A DNA stretch of 64,000 nt, taken from NCBI GenBank assembly GCA_003151615.1, contig PLXZ01000004.1, forward strand, positions 239,441-303,440, given 5' to 3'. This document shows, one piece after another, positions 38,065 through 49,454 of this stretch. The translations under genes were made by a program, and so were the position numbers. Every line of letters starts with the position of its first letter. Within the stretch, counting starts at the first letter, position 1. The notes beneath the pieces are model-generated. The model searched no databases. It was given only the letters and a program-made list of their open reading frames with translations, and had not been told where the DNA came from. Source of the stretch: Candidatus Tayloriibacteriota bacterium. Lineage in GTDB: Bacteria; Patescibacteriota; Minisyncoccia; Phycocordibacterales; PALSA-1337.

Positions 38065-39057
38065 CTACAGTACCCCGACGGCTTTTTTCGCTTCTTCCAA
38101 TTTAGCAGCTGCAACTTTATTTGCCTGTTTTGCGCCGGTTTCCAGAATTTTCAAGACTTTTTTCGGATTTTTGGCAAGTTCCGCACGGCGTTCGCGCATC
38201 GGTTTTATGAATGCGTCGAGGTCTTCGATAAGGGCTTCTTTCAGTGCCTTGTACTTCCCTTTTTGCATTGCGTAGAGTTCCTTTAATTTTTCCTCGCTTT
38301 TGACGAGCTTGTGGATATTATAGACATTCATAGGAATACCGCCTGCTTCCGGTCCGCCCGAATCTGTGACAATACCCATGACGGCTTTTGTGATTTCCTC
38401 GCGCGAGGCAAACAATGGAATCGTATTTCCGTAACTTTTTGACATTTTTCGTCCGTCGATTCCCGGCACAGTCGCGACATTTTCCATAATCAAAGGTTCC
38501 GGCAATTTGAAAATGAGATCGCCGTATTCCTGCGGATTTTTCGGCCCAAAAATATGATTGAATTTGAGGGCTATGTCGCGCGCATATTCAATATGTTGTT
38601 TCTGATCCTGCCCCACCGGCACGACCTCCGTGCCGTACAATAATATGTCCGCGGCCATGAGCACCGGATAGTTGAAGGTGCCGACGTTGATTTCCTTGTC
38701 TTTCGCCTCGGCGTCTTTGAAGGCATGTGCTCGCATCAAATACGGCATGGTCACAATCGTATCGAAAATCCATGCCAATTCGGTGTGCGCTGAAACGTCC
38801 GATTGTTTGAAGATGATCGATTGTTTCGGATCAATGCCGATGGCGAGATAATCGAGAGCAAGATTGAGAGTCAGCCGTCGCATTTCCTCCGCATTTTGAA
38901 TGAAGTTGAGGCCGTGGTAATCGGCAATCATGAAGAACTTGTTTGCATCGCGATGCGTATTTTGCAAATCGACAAATTGCTTCATCGCGCCGAAGTAATT
39001 GCCGATATGAGCGGTGCCGGTTGGTTTCACGCCGGAGAGCAGGGTTTTTTTGGACAT
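38065..39057 (-). CDS. trpS: Tryptophan--tRNA ligase
   Basis: HIGNYFG, YPVLMAADIL, VPVGQDQ, KMSKS. Confidence 0.97.
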   Translation of the reverse strand: MSKKTLLSGVKPTGTAHIGNYFGAMKQFVDLQNTHRDANKFFMIADYHGLNFIQNAEEMRRLTLNLALDYLAIGIDPKQSIIFKQSDVSAHTELAWIFDTIVTMPYLMRAHAFKDAEAKDKEINVGTFNYPVLMAADILLYGTEVVPVGQDQKQHIEYARDIALKFNHIFGPKNPQEYGDLIFKLPEPLIMENVATVPGIDGRKMSKSYGNTIPLFASREEITKAVMGIVTDSGGPEAGGIPMNVYNIHKLVKSEEKLKELYAMQKGKYKALKEALIEDLDAFIKPMRERRAELAKNPKKVLKILETGAKQANKVAAAKLEEAKKAVGVL

Positions 39058-39087
39058 GATGTAATAATATCAGAAAAGGCGAATTTT

Positions 39088-40029
39088 CTAAATCCCCTCT
39101 TTTTTCAACTCCTCGATTAATTTTGCCGCCTGTTTTGAGAGTTTACGCGGCATGATGACGTGGGTCACGACCAAAAGGTCACCGCGTTTTGCGTGGGCGG
39201 CGCCGGTGAAGATGCCGTGGGTTTCGTAGGGTACGCCTTTGCCTTTGATGCGGAGAATTTCGCCATGGGTCGTGCCCGCAGGGATTTTCATCTCGATTTT
39301 GCCGTCGATGGCCGGGTTGAGAGTTTCAATTTCAACGGCACCGCCGCTCAATGCTGTCGTTAATTTGATCTGCAATTCCATGACGAGGTTAAGGCCTTCT
39401 TTTCGGAAAGTCGGATGATCCTTGACCCAAATGCGGACGATCAAATCGCCGCGAAGATTTTCCTGTCCGCCTTCGCCCTGTTCGCCTTTTCCTGCGACAC
39501 GCAGGCCCTGGCCGTTTTCGATGCCGGCCGGAATGGTGACGCTCAATTTTTGCGAGTTGATGGTGATTTCGCGTTCGACGCCGAAAATTGATTCGCGGAA
39601 TGAAAGCTCGACATCAACGGTGATGTTCGCGCCTTTGCGGGGACGTCGGCGTCCGCCTCCCCCGCCAAAAAAATCCCCGAAAATGTCGCCGAGGTCGAAT
39701 TCAAAAGCCTGGCCTCCGTTTTGCGACTGATATTGCCGCGTGAATTGCGAAAAATCAAAACCGCCCGCGCCGAAACCTTGACCGCCGAATCCGCCTGTTC
39801 CTGGATTGAATCCTGCGCCTCCCGGTCCGGCCGAACCGAACGTATCGTACTGTTGGCGTTTCTGCGCATCCGACAATATTGAATAGGCTTCGTTCACTTC
39901 CTTGAACTTCGCCTCGTCGCCCGTTTTTTTATCAGGATGGTACTGCTGGGCCTGCTTTCTGAAGGCTTTTTTTATGTCGTCCTGAGAGGCGTTTTTTTCG
40001 ACGCCGAGGGTTTTGTAGTAGTCTTTCAT
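39088..40029 (-). CDS. dnaJ: DnaJ-class chaperone lacking the zinc finger
   Basis: J domain (HPD), G/F-rich region, C-terminal domain; no CxxCxGxG repeats. Confidence 0.88.
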   Translation of the reverse strand: MKDYYKTLGVEKNASQDDIKKAFRKQAQQYHPDKKTGDEAKFKEVNEAYSILSDAQKRQQYDTFGSAGPGGAGFNPGTGGFGGQGFGAGGFDFSQFTRQYQSQNGGQAFEFDLGDIFGDFFGGGGGRRRPRKGANITVDVELSFRESIFGVEREITINSQKLSVTIPAGIENGQGLRVAGKGEQGEGGQENLRGDLIVRIWVKDHPTFRKEGLNLVMELQIKLTTALSGGAVEIETLNPAIDGKIEMKIPAGTTHGEILRIKGKGVPYETHGIFTGAAHAKRGDLLVVTHVIMPRKLSKQAAKLIEELKKEGI

Positions 40030-40116
40030 GGAATTTTTGGCGCTTTTAGAGAAGTCTTGTACCATTAAATATAGCAAATATCGGGCTATTTCGTTACTTG
40101 ACGCTTTGCAATTTCA

Positions 40117-40566
40117 ATGATACCGTACAAATATAACAGTCCCCCACAATCAAATAAGGATTATACGTTTTTGAAATTATGCGTCGTCGACATTGCAACC
40201 GGGCAGCGTTTTGCGCTCTACGAAGCTTTGGCAAGGCATCTCGCCGAAGACACCGGAAAAGTCATCGTCATAACGGAACTTGGAAGTGACAAGCCGTTGA
40301 CCGAAGAAGAACTTAAGAAAATTATCGCCGAGCGCAACAATGATTACGAACCCCAGGTGCCGGAAATCGTTCCACTCGATCCGGCGAAAGTCAAATCACT
40401 GCTCTCGGCAATCAAAAACGATCCGTTCGAAGCTCCCCGCCCTCCCTCGTCGTGGCCTTTTTCTTCGGACAGAAATCCGGCTAAAAATGCAACGAAAATG
40501 AAACATCGTTCAAAGCGTCCCCTCATCCATCACATTTCTTCGAGCGGCGTGTTCTTTCGCACATGA
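40117..40566 (+). CDS. Hypothetical protein (start uncertain)
   Basis: ORF fills the gap between dnaJ and eno; no recognisable motif. Confidence 0.5.
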   Translation: MIPYKYNSPPQSNKDYTFLKLCVVDIATGQRFALYEALARHLAEDTGKVIVITELGSDKPLTEEELKKIIAERNNDYEPQVPEIVPLDPAKVKSLLSAIKNDPFEAPRPPSSWPFSSDRNPAKNATKMKHRSKRPLIHHISSSGVFFRT

Positions 40567-40632
40567 AAACATCTACAGGCCTTCAAATTCATGGCCCTCA
40601 CTTTTCCGACACTCACGTGCCGCGAAAGGTGA

Positions 40633-42060
<1,428 letters not shown>

Positions 42061-42065
42061 ACTTC

Positions 42066-43667
42066 ATGAAGAAAATTGCTGACGAAAGGCCAATCGCCCT
42101 CATCGTTCTTGACGGCTGGGGTTATCGCGAAGAGACGAAAGACAATGCCGTGGCTGCGGCGCGCACGCCTTTTTTCGACAAGCTGTGGCGCGATTGCCCG
42201 CATTCCCTGCTTGAGGCATCCGGTTTGGCTGTTGGCTTGCCGGAAGGCCAAATGGGCAACAGCGAAGTTGGTCATACGACGATTGGTGCGGGAGCGATCC
42301 TGGACACTGATTTGGTGCGAATTGATAAAGCGGCGAAGGCCGGCGATTTCTCAAAAAATCCGGCGATGATTTCCCTTTTTGAACACGTCAAAAAACATGC
42401 TGGTGAAAATGGCGAAAACGCAACCCTTCATGTCATGGGTTTGGTTTCGGATGGCGGCGTTCACAGTCACCAGGAACATTTGTATGCTTTTTTGCATGCG
42501 GCGAAAAAAGCCGGCATATCCCGGATTGCGATTCATGTATTTACCGACGGACGCGATACGGCTCCGCAGAATGCCTGCGGATACATGAAAAAATTGGAAA
42601 CGGAAATTGCCAAACTCGATCCTTCGGGCAAAAAAATATTCATCGCTTCCCTTTCCGGCCGATATTTCGCGATGGACCGGGATAATAACTGGGATCGTCT
42701 CAAAAAAGCCGAGACCGTAATATTCGAACCTCATACGACGCATGCATCGAACGGCAATGTCACAAAACTGACTCCTTCTGTTTTTCTCGAAAAAGTATAT
42801 GCCGAAGGAAAAAGTGATGAGTTGCTCGAACCTGTCGCCGTTGAAGGGTTGCACGGCGTAGGTGCAGCACTCGGCGAACACGACGGCATTTTTATATTTA
42901 ATTTCAGGGCGGATCGCCTGCGGATGCTTGCACAAAAACTGGCCGAAAAAAAGCTCGGGAAGGATTTTCATGATGTTCATATCGCAACGATGACCGAATA
43001 TTCGTCTGAATATAAATTTCCCGTCGCGTTTACTCCGAAAATAATCGAAACTACCCTCGCCGCTCAGGTTTCCGCGGCCGGTTTGACTCAGGCTCACATC
43101 GCCGAAACCGAAAAATTTCCGCATGCTACCTATTTTCTCAACGGCGGACGCAATGAACCGCATGAGGGTGAAGAACACATTATGCTCGCCAGTCGCAAGG
43201 ACATAAAAACTCATGATGAAGCGCCTGAAATGCGCGCCGAAGCAATTGCCGACAAAGCGATTGAACAAATTAAGGCCGGCACGAACTTCATTTTCATAAA
43301 TTTTGCCAATCCTGACATGGTTGGACACACTGCAAATGTTCCAGCAATTATGATCGCGATTGAAATGGTTGATCGTGAATTGAAGCGAGTCATTGACGCC
43401 CTCGAACAGGCCGGCGGTGCAGCCATCATTATCGCCGACCACGGCAATGCCGAAGTGAATGTCGATCCGGAAACAGGCACGCCGCATACAGCTCATACGA
43501 CCAGTCTTGTACCCTGCATTTTGGCCGGTACTGAATATGTCAGCAAAAAATTTCCAAAAATCGGCCTCAAAAACGGCGGTCTGGCCGATGTTGCACCCAC
43601 AGTTCTTGATTTGCTCGGTCTGAAAAAACCGAAAGCCATGACGGGGATTTCTTTGTTGACAAAATAG
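42066..43667 (+). CDS. gpmI: 2,3-bisphosphoglycerate-independent phosphoglycerate mutase
   Basis: LDGWG, MGNSEVGH, GRYFAMDRD, NPDMVGH, ADHGN. Confidence 0.97.
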   Translation: MKKIADERPIALIVLDGWGYREETKDNAVAAARTPFFDKLWRDCPHSLLEASGLAVGLPEGQMGNSEVGHTTIGAGAILDTDLVRIDKAAKAGDFSKNPAMISLFEHVKKHAGENGENATLHVMGLVSDGGVHSHQEHLYAFLHAAKKAGISRIAIHVFTDGRDTAPQNACGYMKKLETEIAKLDPSGKKIFIASLSGRYFAMDRDNNWDRLKKAETVIFEPHTTHASNGNVTKLTPSVFLEKVYAEGKSDELLEPVAVEGLHGVGAALGEHDGIFIFNFRADRLRMLAQKLAEKKLGKDFHDVHIATMTEYSSEYKFPVAFTPKIIETTLAAQVSAAGLTQAHIAETEKFPHATYFLNGGRNEPHEGEEHIMLASRKDIKTHDEAPEMRAEAIADKAIEQIKAGTNFIFINFANPDMVGHTANVPAIMIAIEMVDRELKRVIDALEQAGGAAIIIADHGNAEVNVDPETGTPHTAHTTSLVPCILAGTEYVSKKFPKIGLKNGGLADVAPTVLDLLGLKKPKAMTGISLLTK

Positions 43668-43784
43668 GAAAATTAGGCTAACGTTTTCAGTAAATGCGGC
43701 TCTTTGTAATCCTGCCAGCACTGCATTACGCATGCATTACGATGCCGTAAAACAATACATTCAACAAATACAGACGGAGGACCT

Positions 43785-44198
43785 ATGATCGATAATCCAA
43801 TATTAGTTGTTCAAATCGGCAGCCTCGGGGGCTTGTCTTCGCGAACGATTTTTGACCTCTGCGGAATAAAACAAAATCGCGAGTATATTCTCTTCAACAA
43901 TTACGGCCCGCCGTTTCTTAGTCAAGTCATTCCGGGAGAACGCCAGCTCGTTTTTGTCTCGCACAACGACGATTCTGACGCTTTTGAATGCGCAAGACAG
44001 GTCAAAGGCAAGAATCCGAAAGCCATCGTTTTTGCATTCGTTTCCGAACCCCCGGAAATGGAGCACGAATCGAAAGTTGACGCTTTCATCGCAACGAACA
44101 AAATGACGGAAACTGATCCGTCCGATATCGTTCATGATTTTATTGAAGGCGTGGAGCGCGCCGACCTCGTTGAGGCCATTGAGGGTTTCGGCGAGTGA
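43785..44198 (+). CDS. Hypothetical protein, possibly receiver-like fold
   Basis: GGAGG SD upstream, terminator downstream; alternating alpha/beta pattern. Confidence 0.6.
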   Translation: MIDNPILVVQIGSLGGLSSRTIFDLCGIKQNREYILFNNYGPPFLSQVIPGERQLVFVSHNDDSDAFECARQVKGKNPKAIVFAFVSEPPEMEHESKVDAFIATNKMTETDPSDIVHDFIEGVERADLVEAIEGFGE

Positions 44199-44293
44199 TG
44201 GTTTGCAAAACCATAGCCACTTAACCCCAGTTATTGCAAATGCCACCGAGAGTTCGGTGGCATTTTTTTTGTGCAAATTTCACTGACTCGACG

Positions 44294-46198
44294 CTATTTC
44301 TTCTCCTTGAATTCGGCGTCTTTCACGTCGCTTTCCGGGCCTTTGTTTTCGGGACCCGCTTCTGCTCCCGCAGCACCAGCACCTGATTGCTGGCCTTGAA
44401 TCATATATTGGCCAATTTTCTGGATTTCAGTCGACAATGCATCGGTTGCGGATTTGATAGCCGCGACATCGGGAGTTGCGGCGTCTTTGACCAGCTTCAA
44501 TGCAGCCACCTTTTCGTCGATCGTTTTTTTCAAGTCAGCCGGAACTTTATCGCCCGCTTCCTTCAATGCTTTTTCAGTCGTATACAGCATCTGTTCGGCG
44601 ATGTTTTTTGTTTCGACGGCTTCTTTTTTCTTCGCGTCTTCAGCTTCATTTTTCGCGGCATCCTGCTTCATCTTTTCGACTTCTTCTTTGCTCAAGCCCG
44701 ATGAAGCGGTGATTTTAATGGAATTTGATTTTCCAGTTGCTTTGTCTTTCGCCGACACGCTCAGGATTCCGTTCGCATCGATGTCGAAGGTGACTTCAAT
44801 CTGCGGCATTCCGCGCGGAGCCGGTGCGATGCCGCCCAAATTGAACTGGCCCAGCGATTTATTGTCGCTCGCCATTGGACGTTCGCCCTGGACGACATGA
44901 ATGGTCACGTCGGTCTGGTTGTCCGCCGCGGTCGAGAATGTCTGTGATTTTGAAGTAGGGATGGTCGTATTTTTTTCGATCAGACGCGTCGCGACGCTGC
45001 CCATTGTTTCGATACCCAATGACAATGGAATGACATCGAGGAGAAGCACGTCATGAACATCTCCGCCGAGGATACCTCCCTGAATCGCGGCGCCGAGCGC
45101 CACGACTTCGTCCGGGTTAACGCCTTGGTTCGGTTCCTTGCCGAAGTAATCTTTCACCGCTTTCACCATCGCGGGCATACGCGTCTGGCCTCCGACGAGC
45201 AAGACTTCATTTATCTGGTCTTTTTTGAATGGCGAAGCTTCCATTGCGCGCTTCGTGATTGCAATTGCGCGATCGATAAATTCAGCCGTCAATTCTTCCA
45301 ATTTCGCACGAGTCATCGTGATGAGAAGGTGCTGTGGACCGCTTGCGCCGCTGGTAATGAATGGAATGTTGATTTCCGTCTGTACGGCCGTAGAAAGCTC
45401 AATTTTGGCCTTTTCAGCGGCTTCGTCGAGGCGCTGGAGAGCCAATGCGTCACTGCGCAGGTCGATTCCGTTTGATTTCTTGAATTCGTCGGCGAGCCAG
45501 TTGATGATTTTTTGGTCGATGTCCTTTCCGCCGAGATGCGCGTCTCCATCGGTCGATTTCACTTCAATGACGCTGTCGCCCACTTCGAGAACGGAAATAT
45601 CGAATGTTCCTCCGCCGAAGTCGAACACGACGACTTTTTCATCCTTCTTTTTATTGAAGCCGTAGGCGAGTGCGGCTGCTGTTGGTTCGTTTATGATTCG
45701 TTTTACGTCGAGACCGGCGATTTTACCCGCGTCCTTTGTGGCCTGGCGCTGTGAATCGTTGAAGTATGCAGGCACCGTGATGACTGCTTCGGTAATTTTT
45801 TCGCCAAGACGCGCCTCCGCGTCATTTTTCAATTTCGTCAGGATCATGGCGCTGATTTCTTCCGGACGATACCATTTGTCCGCCATCTTAACTTCGATGC
45901 CGCCCGATGCCGATTTCTGCATTTCGAAAGGTACTGATGCGCGGTCTTTCTGCACCGCAGGATCGTCGAAGTTGTGTCCGATGAAGCGCTTGATTTGGTA
46001 AATCGTATTTTTCGGATTCGTCACGCCCTGACGTTTTGCGAGGAGACCGACGAGTCTATCGCCTGTTTTTGATTGGGCAACAATCGACGGCGTGGTGCGG
46101 GCACCTTCCGCATTTTCCAGAATTTTCGGATCCCCTGCTTCCATCACCGCCACCGCGGAATTCGTCGTTCCGAGGTCAATTCCAATTATTTTTGACAT
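44294..46198 (-). CDS. dnaK: Chaperone DnaK
   Basis: [25 protein letters not shown]. Confidence 0.99.
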   Translation of the reverse strand: MSKIIGIDLGTTNSAVAVMEAGDPKILENAEGARTTPSIVAQSKTGDRLVGLLAKRQGVTNPKNTIYQIKRFIGHNFDDPAVQKDRASVPFEMQKSASGGIEVKMADKWYRPEEISAMILTKLKNDAEARLGEKITEAVITVPAYFNDSQRQATKDAGKIAGLDVKRIINEPTAAALAYGFNKKKDEKVVVFDFGGGTFDISVLEVGDSVIEVKSTDGDAHLGGKDIDQKIINWLADEFKKSNGIDLRSDALALQRLDEAAEKAKIELSTAVQTEINIPFITSGASGPQHLLITMTRAKLEELTAEFIDRAIAITKRAMEASPFKKDQINEVLLVGGQTRMPAMVKAVKDYFGKEPNQGVNPDEVVALGAAIQGGILGGDVHDVLLLDVIPLSLGIETMGSVATRLIEKNTTIPTSKSQTFSTAADNQTDVTIHVVQGERPMASDNKSLGQFNLGGIAPAPRGMPQIEVTFDIDANGILSVSAKDKATGKSNSIKITASSGLSKEEVEKMKQDAAKNEAEDAKKKEAVETKNIAEQMLYTTEKALKEAGDKVPADLKKTIDEKVAALKLVKDAATPDVAAIKSATDALSTEIQKIGQYMIQGQQSGAGAAGAEAGPENKGPESDVKDAEFKEKK

Positions 46199-46274
46199 AG
46201 TAAGTAAGAGTTAATTTCTAAAGGTTAATTTGTAATTTTAGGTAAACGAAAAAAACAGATGCAAAAAGCAAAAA

Positions 46275-46595
46275 TTAAAGAGAAGGCGCGCGAGTCGGTT
46301 GGCTCATGAAAAATTCAAACGTTACGAACGGTGAAGGTGTTTTTTTTACAAAAATAGTTTCGACAGCAGCTGAAATATCGCGGGCAACGGCACCTGTCAG
46401 AAAGAGTTGTTCAGAAGTTGCGGTATTTGTGTTAGCAGTTTTTCCTGCAACGGAAACGACCGGCATAACGGAAATGACGCGGCCGCGCATGATGCCGCCT
46501 ACTTCGACGATTGCAAATCGCACGCGAACAAGCTGACCGTTTTTAGCGGTCAATATTCGTTCATATATGCCTTTATTATTGGAGTTTATGAGCAT
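46275..46595 (-). CDS. Hypothetical protein
   Basis: 106-aa ORF upstream of dnaK with TGTATAAT-like promoter. Confidence 0.65.
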   Translation of the reverse strand: MLINSNNKGIYERILTAKNGQLVRVRFAIVEVGGIMRGRVISVMPVVSVAGKTANTNTATSEQLFLTGAVARDISAAVETIFVKKTPSPFVTFEFFMSQPTRAPSL

Positions 46596-46734
46596 AGTCC
46601 CAGTGCAAGTTAGTACACCGATTATACAACAAATATTTCTTGATGCAAATTTTTATCGAAATTTTAATAAATCTTTAGAGGAATTTCATTTCACTTTGAT
46701 AATGTTGTGGATACCGAAGATTATATCTTCGCGT

Positions 46735-46804
46735 GGGCGTGCCAAGTAGTTTGGGGTCCTTTCTTGCTAGTTAGGATTTGCGGGTGCAACTCCCGTCACG
46801 TCCA
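46735..46804 (+). ncRNA. tRNA mimic 2 (Ala identity G3-U70/A73, reduced D-arm)
   Basis: Acceptor GGGCGTG/CACGTCC plus A, mini-hairpin CCAA-GTAGT-TTGG, arm GGTCCT-TTCTTGCTAGTT-AGGATT, T-arm GCGGG-TGCAACT-CCCGT. Confidence 0.75.
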
Positions 46805-46823
46805 CAATATCCACAGCATTTAC

Positions 46824-46852
46824 TTGACTATTATTTTTGGTTCTTCTATACT
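46824..46852 (+). promoter_or_regulatory. Sigma70 promoter for partner RNA 2
   Basis: TTGACT-17 nt-TATACT; predicted start A46859. Confidence 0.78.
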
Positions 46853-46858
46853 TATCTC

Positions 46859-46929
46859 ACTAGCAAGAAAGGATCAAACTACGATGGTAAATCCGACAAA
46901 GCCCCAATCTTAAATGATGGGGTTTTGTT
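46859..46929 (+). ncRNA. Putative ~71-nt small RNA antisense to tRNA mimic 2 (partner RNA 2)
   Basis: 46859-46882 pairs with 46746-46771; ends in the hairpin acaaagcccca...tggggttttgt. Confidence 0.65.
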
Positions 46930-46948
46930 ATTTATAGAGTAGTGTCCT

Positions 46949-47560
46949 TTATTTCTTAAACTCCCCCACTTTAACCTTCGGAGCCTTGAGCGTTCGCCCA
47001 TTATATGAGTATCCTTTTTGGATGACGCTCGTCACGACATGATCCCATTTTGCGTCGGTTACGGGCTCGTATTCAATGGCTTCGTCTCGCATCGGATCAA
47101 ACGGCTGGCCTTCGGGATTGATTTCCTTCAAGCCGTTGTCCTCGAGCACTTTTTTGAGCTGGTTCGAAATGTATTCGACGCCGGTCCGCCAGTTTTTATC
47201 GACTTTTTCCCAGGCTTCCTTGTTTGCGAAAGCCATGCCGAAGCTGTCCAGAACCGCCGTCAATTCCGCCATCAGGCTTTCATTGGCGAATTTCATGAAT
47301 TCCTTTTGCGATTCGGCGTCGCGCTTGCGGGCGTTGACGAATTCAGCTTTGTCTTTTTGCCAGCCGGTCAGGTATTCCTGCTTTTCGACCAGGGCTTTTT
47401 TCAGTTTTTCGCGGAGCTTTTTTATTGTTTCAGCCGAAGATTCCTCGGAGACAACGCTGTCGTCGAGTCCAGCATCCGCGGAATCGTCGAGAGTCGTTTC
47501 CGGATTTGTGTCGGCCGCAGTTTCAACGTCGTTTTCGTCAATAATTTCATCGTCTTTCAT
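46949..47560 (-). CDS. grpE: Nucleotide exchange factor GrpE
   Basis: AEFVNARKR, FDPMRDEA, QKGY, PKVKV. Confidence 0.95.
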   Translation of the reverse strand: MKDDEIIDENDVETAADTNPETTLDDSADAGLDDSVVSEESSAETIKKLREKLKKALVEKQEYLTGWQKDKAEFVNARKRDAESQKEFMKFANESLMAELTAVLDSFGMAFANKEAWEKVDKNWRTGVEYISNQLKKVLEDNGLKEINPEGQPFDPMRDEAIEYEPVTDAKWDHVVTSVIQKGYSYNGRTLKAPKVKVGEFKK

Positions 47561-47657
47561 AAATTCAGTATACGTGAGCGGCGAAAAAATGCAAAGAAAA
47601 AATCCGCCGGAAGGGCGGAATGATTTTGAAATATTGAAAAATTGACGATTGAATGAA

Positions 47658-47975
47658 TTACCTCTGAAACTGGGCAACCCCGGACTCCATCCGCAAATTA
47701 TGGCGATTCAAGGAATGCCATGCATCCGATTTTAAATCGTCCATAGTTCCGTCGTAGCCAGCTTCGGAAAGTTGGATTTCGTAATGATCAACGATATGCC
47801 AAGCCTGCTGGAAATGAAAATCGTATGCTTTTTCGCATCCAATTGGGTCAAGAATGGCTTGGATGTGATGCCGTAGTTCGCCTCTCCGCAGCGGCTTTTT
47901 GAGCCACATGCAAATTTTGCGGACAATAATGAGCACAAAGACGATAATTCCGATGGTTATCAATAGGGTTTTCAT
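47658..47975 (-). CDS. Hypothetical membrane-anchored protein
   Basis: N-terminal TM, 105 aa. Confidence 0.65.
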   Translation of the reverse strand: MKTLLITIGIIVFVLIIVRKICMWLKKPLRRGELRHHIQAILDPIGCEKAYDFHFQQAWHIVDHYEIQLSEAGYDGTMDDLKSDAWHSLNRHNLRMESGVAQFQR

Positions 47976-48112
47976 GGCTTAAGACAACTTTCGTATTGGT
48001 TTTTAGTGAACTATACCGAAAAATAGAATGCCACAAAACAAACAAAAAAGCAAGCCTTTGATTTGCTTGCTTTTTTGTTTGAATTTTTTCGAAAAGTTTT
48101 CTTGGGAACGAC

Positions 48113-48282
48113 TATCGTTTTGGTCACAAATATTTTGTTCGCCGTCGCTCACAAAATTTTGCGTGTCTCCCGACACGATCTACTGATCGCCCGCTCGCGT
48201 CGCCCGCTGGCTCGACATCGCTCCGGCCGTCAAAGCGATAAAACAAAAACCCCTTTCGGGGCTTTTGTTTTATCGCTTTGAC
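48113..48282. repeat. Branched palindromic element fused to the rpsI terminator
   Basis: 20-bp perfect inverted repeat 48229-48248/48263-48282, a third partial copy at 48113 and internal hairpins. Confidence 0.65.
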
Positions 48283-48686
48283 CACTGCGGAGCCTTGCGG
48301 GCTTTCTTGAGACCGAACTTGCGGCGCTCTTTTGCGCGAGGGTCGCGCTTGAGGAAGCCGGCTTTCTTCAAAAGGCCGCGGAGCTGGATGTCGTATTCGT
48401 TCAGAGCGCGGGCGACGCCGTGGCGGAATGCCTCGGCCTGGGAATGAATGCCTCCGCCCTTCAATACCGCCGTAATTTTAAATTTAGCGGCAATTTTTGA
48501 AGTGGTGAGCGCGTCATGAATGATTGACTGAAGTTCCTTTGTCGGGAAGTAGACTTCGAGCTCCTTGTCATTGAAAAGGAATGTTGTTTTTGTCGCAGGA
48601 GTCATGCGGACGCGGGCTGAAGATGTTTTTCGTCGGCCGATTGTTTCGATGTAACGTTCCCCTGTTGTTGATGTTGTTTTTTCCAT
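48270..48686 (-). CDS. rpsI: 30S ribosomal protein S9
   Basis: GRRKTS, GGGIHSQA, KERRKFGLKKARKAPQWSKR. Confidence 0.98.
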   Translation of the reverse strand: MEKTTSTTGERYIETIGRRKTSSARVRMTPATKTTFLFNDKELEVYFPTKELQSIIHDALTTSKIAAKFKITAVLKGGGIHSQAEAFRHGVARALNEYDIQLRGLLKKAGFLKRDPRAKERRKFGLKKARKAPQWSKR

Positions 48687-48709
48687 AAAATTTTCTGTAT
48701 TTTTATTCG

Positions 48710-49054
48710 TTATTCTGAAATTGTCAGGTTCTTCATCATTTTCGAGCGAAGGCTGTTTGACGGCAACATTCGGTAGACCGCACGCTCGAATGCTTCTGAT
48801 GTTCCTTTTCGCGCAATCAATGCGCCGAGTTTTTCGGTGTTGATTCCTCCGCGGAAGCCGGTGAACGTGACGTATTCCTTGTCGTCCATTTTCTTCGAAT
48901 CGATTGCGGCTTTTGAAGCATTGATGATGCTGACCTTTGCGTCAGGAACTGAATTACGAGCGTACGATGCTAAATTTTTGCCCATGAGATATCCTGCCGC
49001 TTCGCTCGCGACTCGTCCCAATTTCTTTCCCTGTGCGTCTATTTTGTAGTTCAT
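48710..49054 (-). CDS. rplM: 50S ribosomal protein L13 (short form)
   Basis: IDAQGKKLGRVAS, AVYRMLP. Confidence 0.95.
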   Translation of the reverse strand: MNYKIDAQGKKLGRVASEAAGYLMGKNLASYARNSVPDAKVSIINASKAAIDSKKMDDKEYVTFTGFRGGINTEKLGALIARKGTSEAFERAVYRMLPSNSLRSKMMKNLTISE

Positions 49055-49080
49055 TTTAATTAAAGTTATTCTTGGCGCAA

Positions 49081-49431
49081 TTATACGAATTCAATCACGG
49101 CCATAGGCGCCGCGTCAAGTTTTCGTGCCGGCAATTTGACGATGCGCAGATATCCGCCGTTTCGTTTCGCGTATTTCGGAGCGATTTTTTCGACCAGGAT
49201 TTTAGCTTCGCGTTCGCCGCCGATGCGGGTAATGATGAGGCGTCGGCTCGCGAGAGTTCCGGTTTTTGCCTTTGTAACGAGCTTTTCAACGAATGGTCGA
49301 AGTTCTTTTGCCTTCGCAGTTGTCGTCGTGATGTTCTCGTGGAGTACAAGTGAACGCGCCAAAGAACGCACCAGAGCGTCGCGCTGGTTCATCTCTCTTC
49401 CGAATTTTCTTTTTTTGCTGTGGTGGTTCAT
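49081..49431 (-). CDS. rplQ: 50S ribosomal protein L17
   Basis: ITTTTAKAKELR, RNGGYLRI, DAAPMAVIE. Confidence 0.97.
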   Translation of the reverse strand: MNHHSKKRKFGREMNQRDALVRSLARSLVLHENITTTTAKAKELRPFVEKLVTKAKTGTLASRRLIITRIGGEREAKILVEKIAPKYAKRNGGYLRIVKLPARKLDAAPMAVIEFV

Positions 49432-49454
49432 GGTTTTAAATAATTTCTAAGCGT

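Noticed and set aside
42351-43733. 460-aa antisense ORF and similar long shadow ORFs (8306-9019, 13604-14314, 31051-31734)
   Set aside because: They lie opposite well-supported conserved genes and have no motifs.
46735-46804. Canonical or permuted tmRNA (ssrA)
   Set aside because: Both acceptor strands lie within 70 nt in tRNA order, with no internal pseudoknot/tag domain, no GGAUUCGAC-type D-loop and no permuted arrangement.
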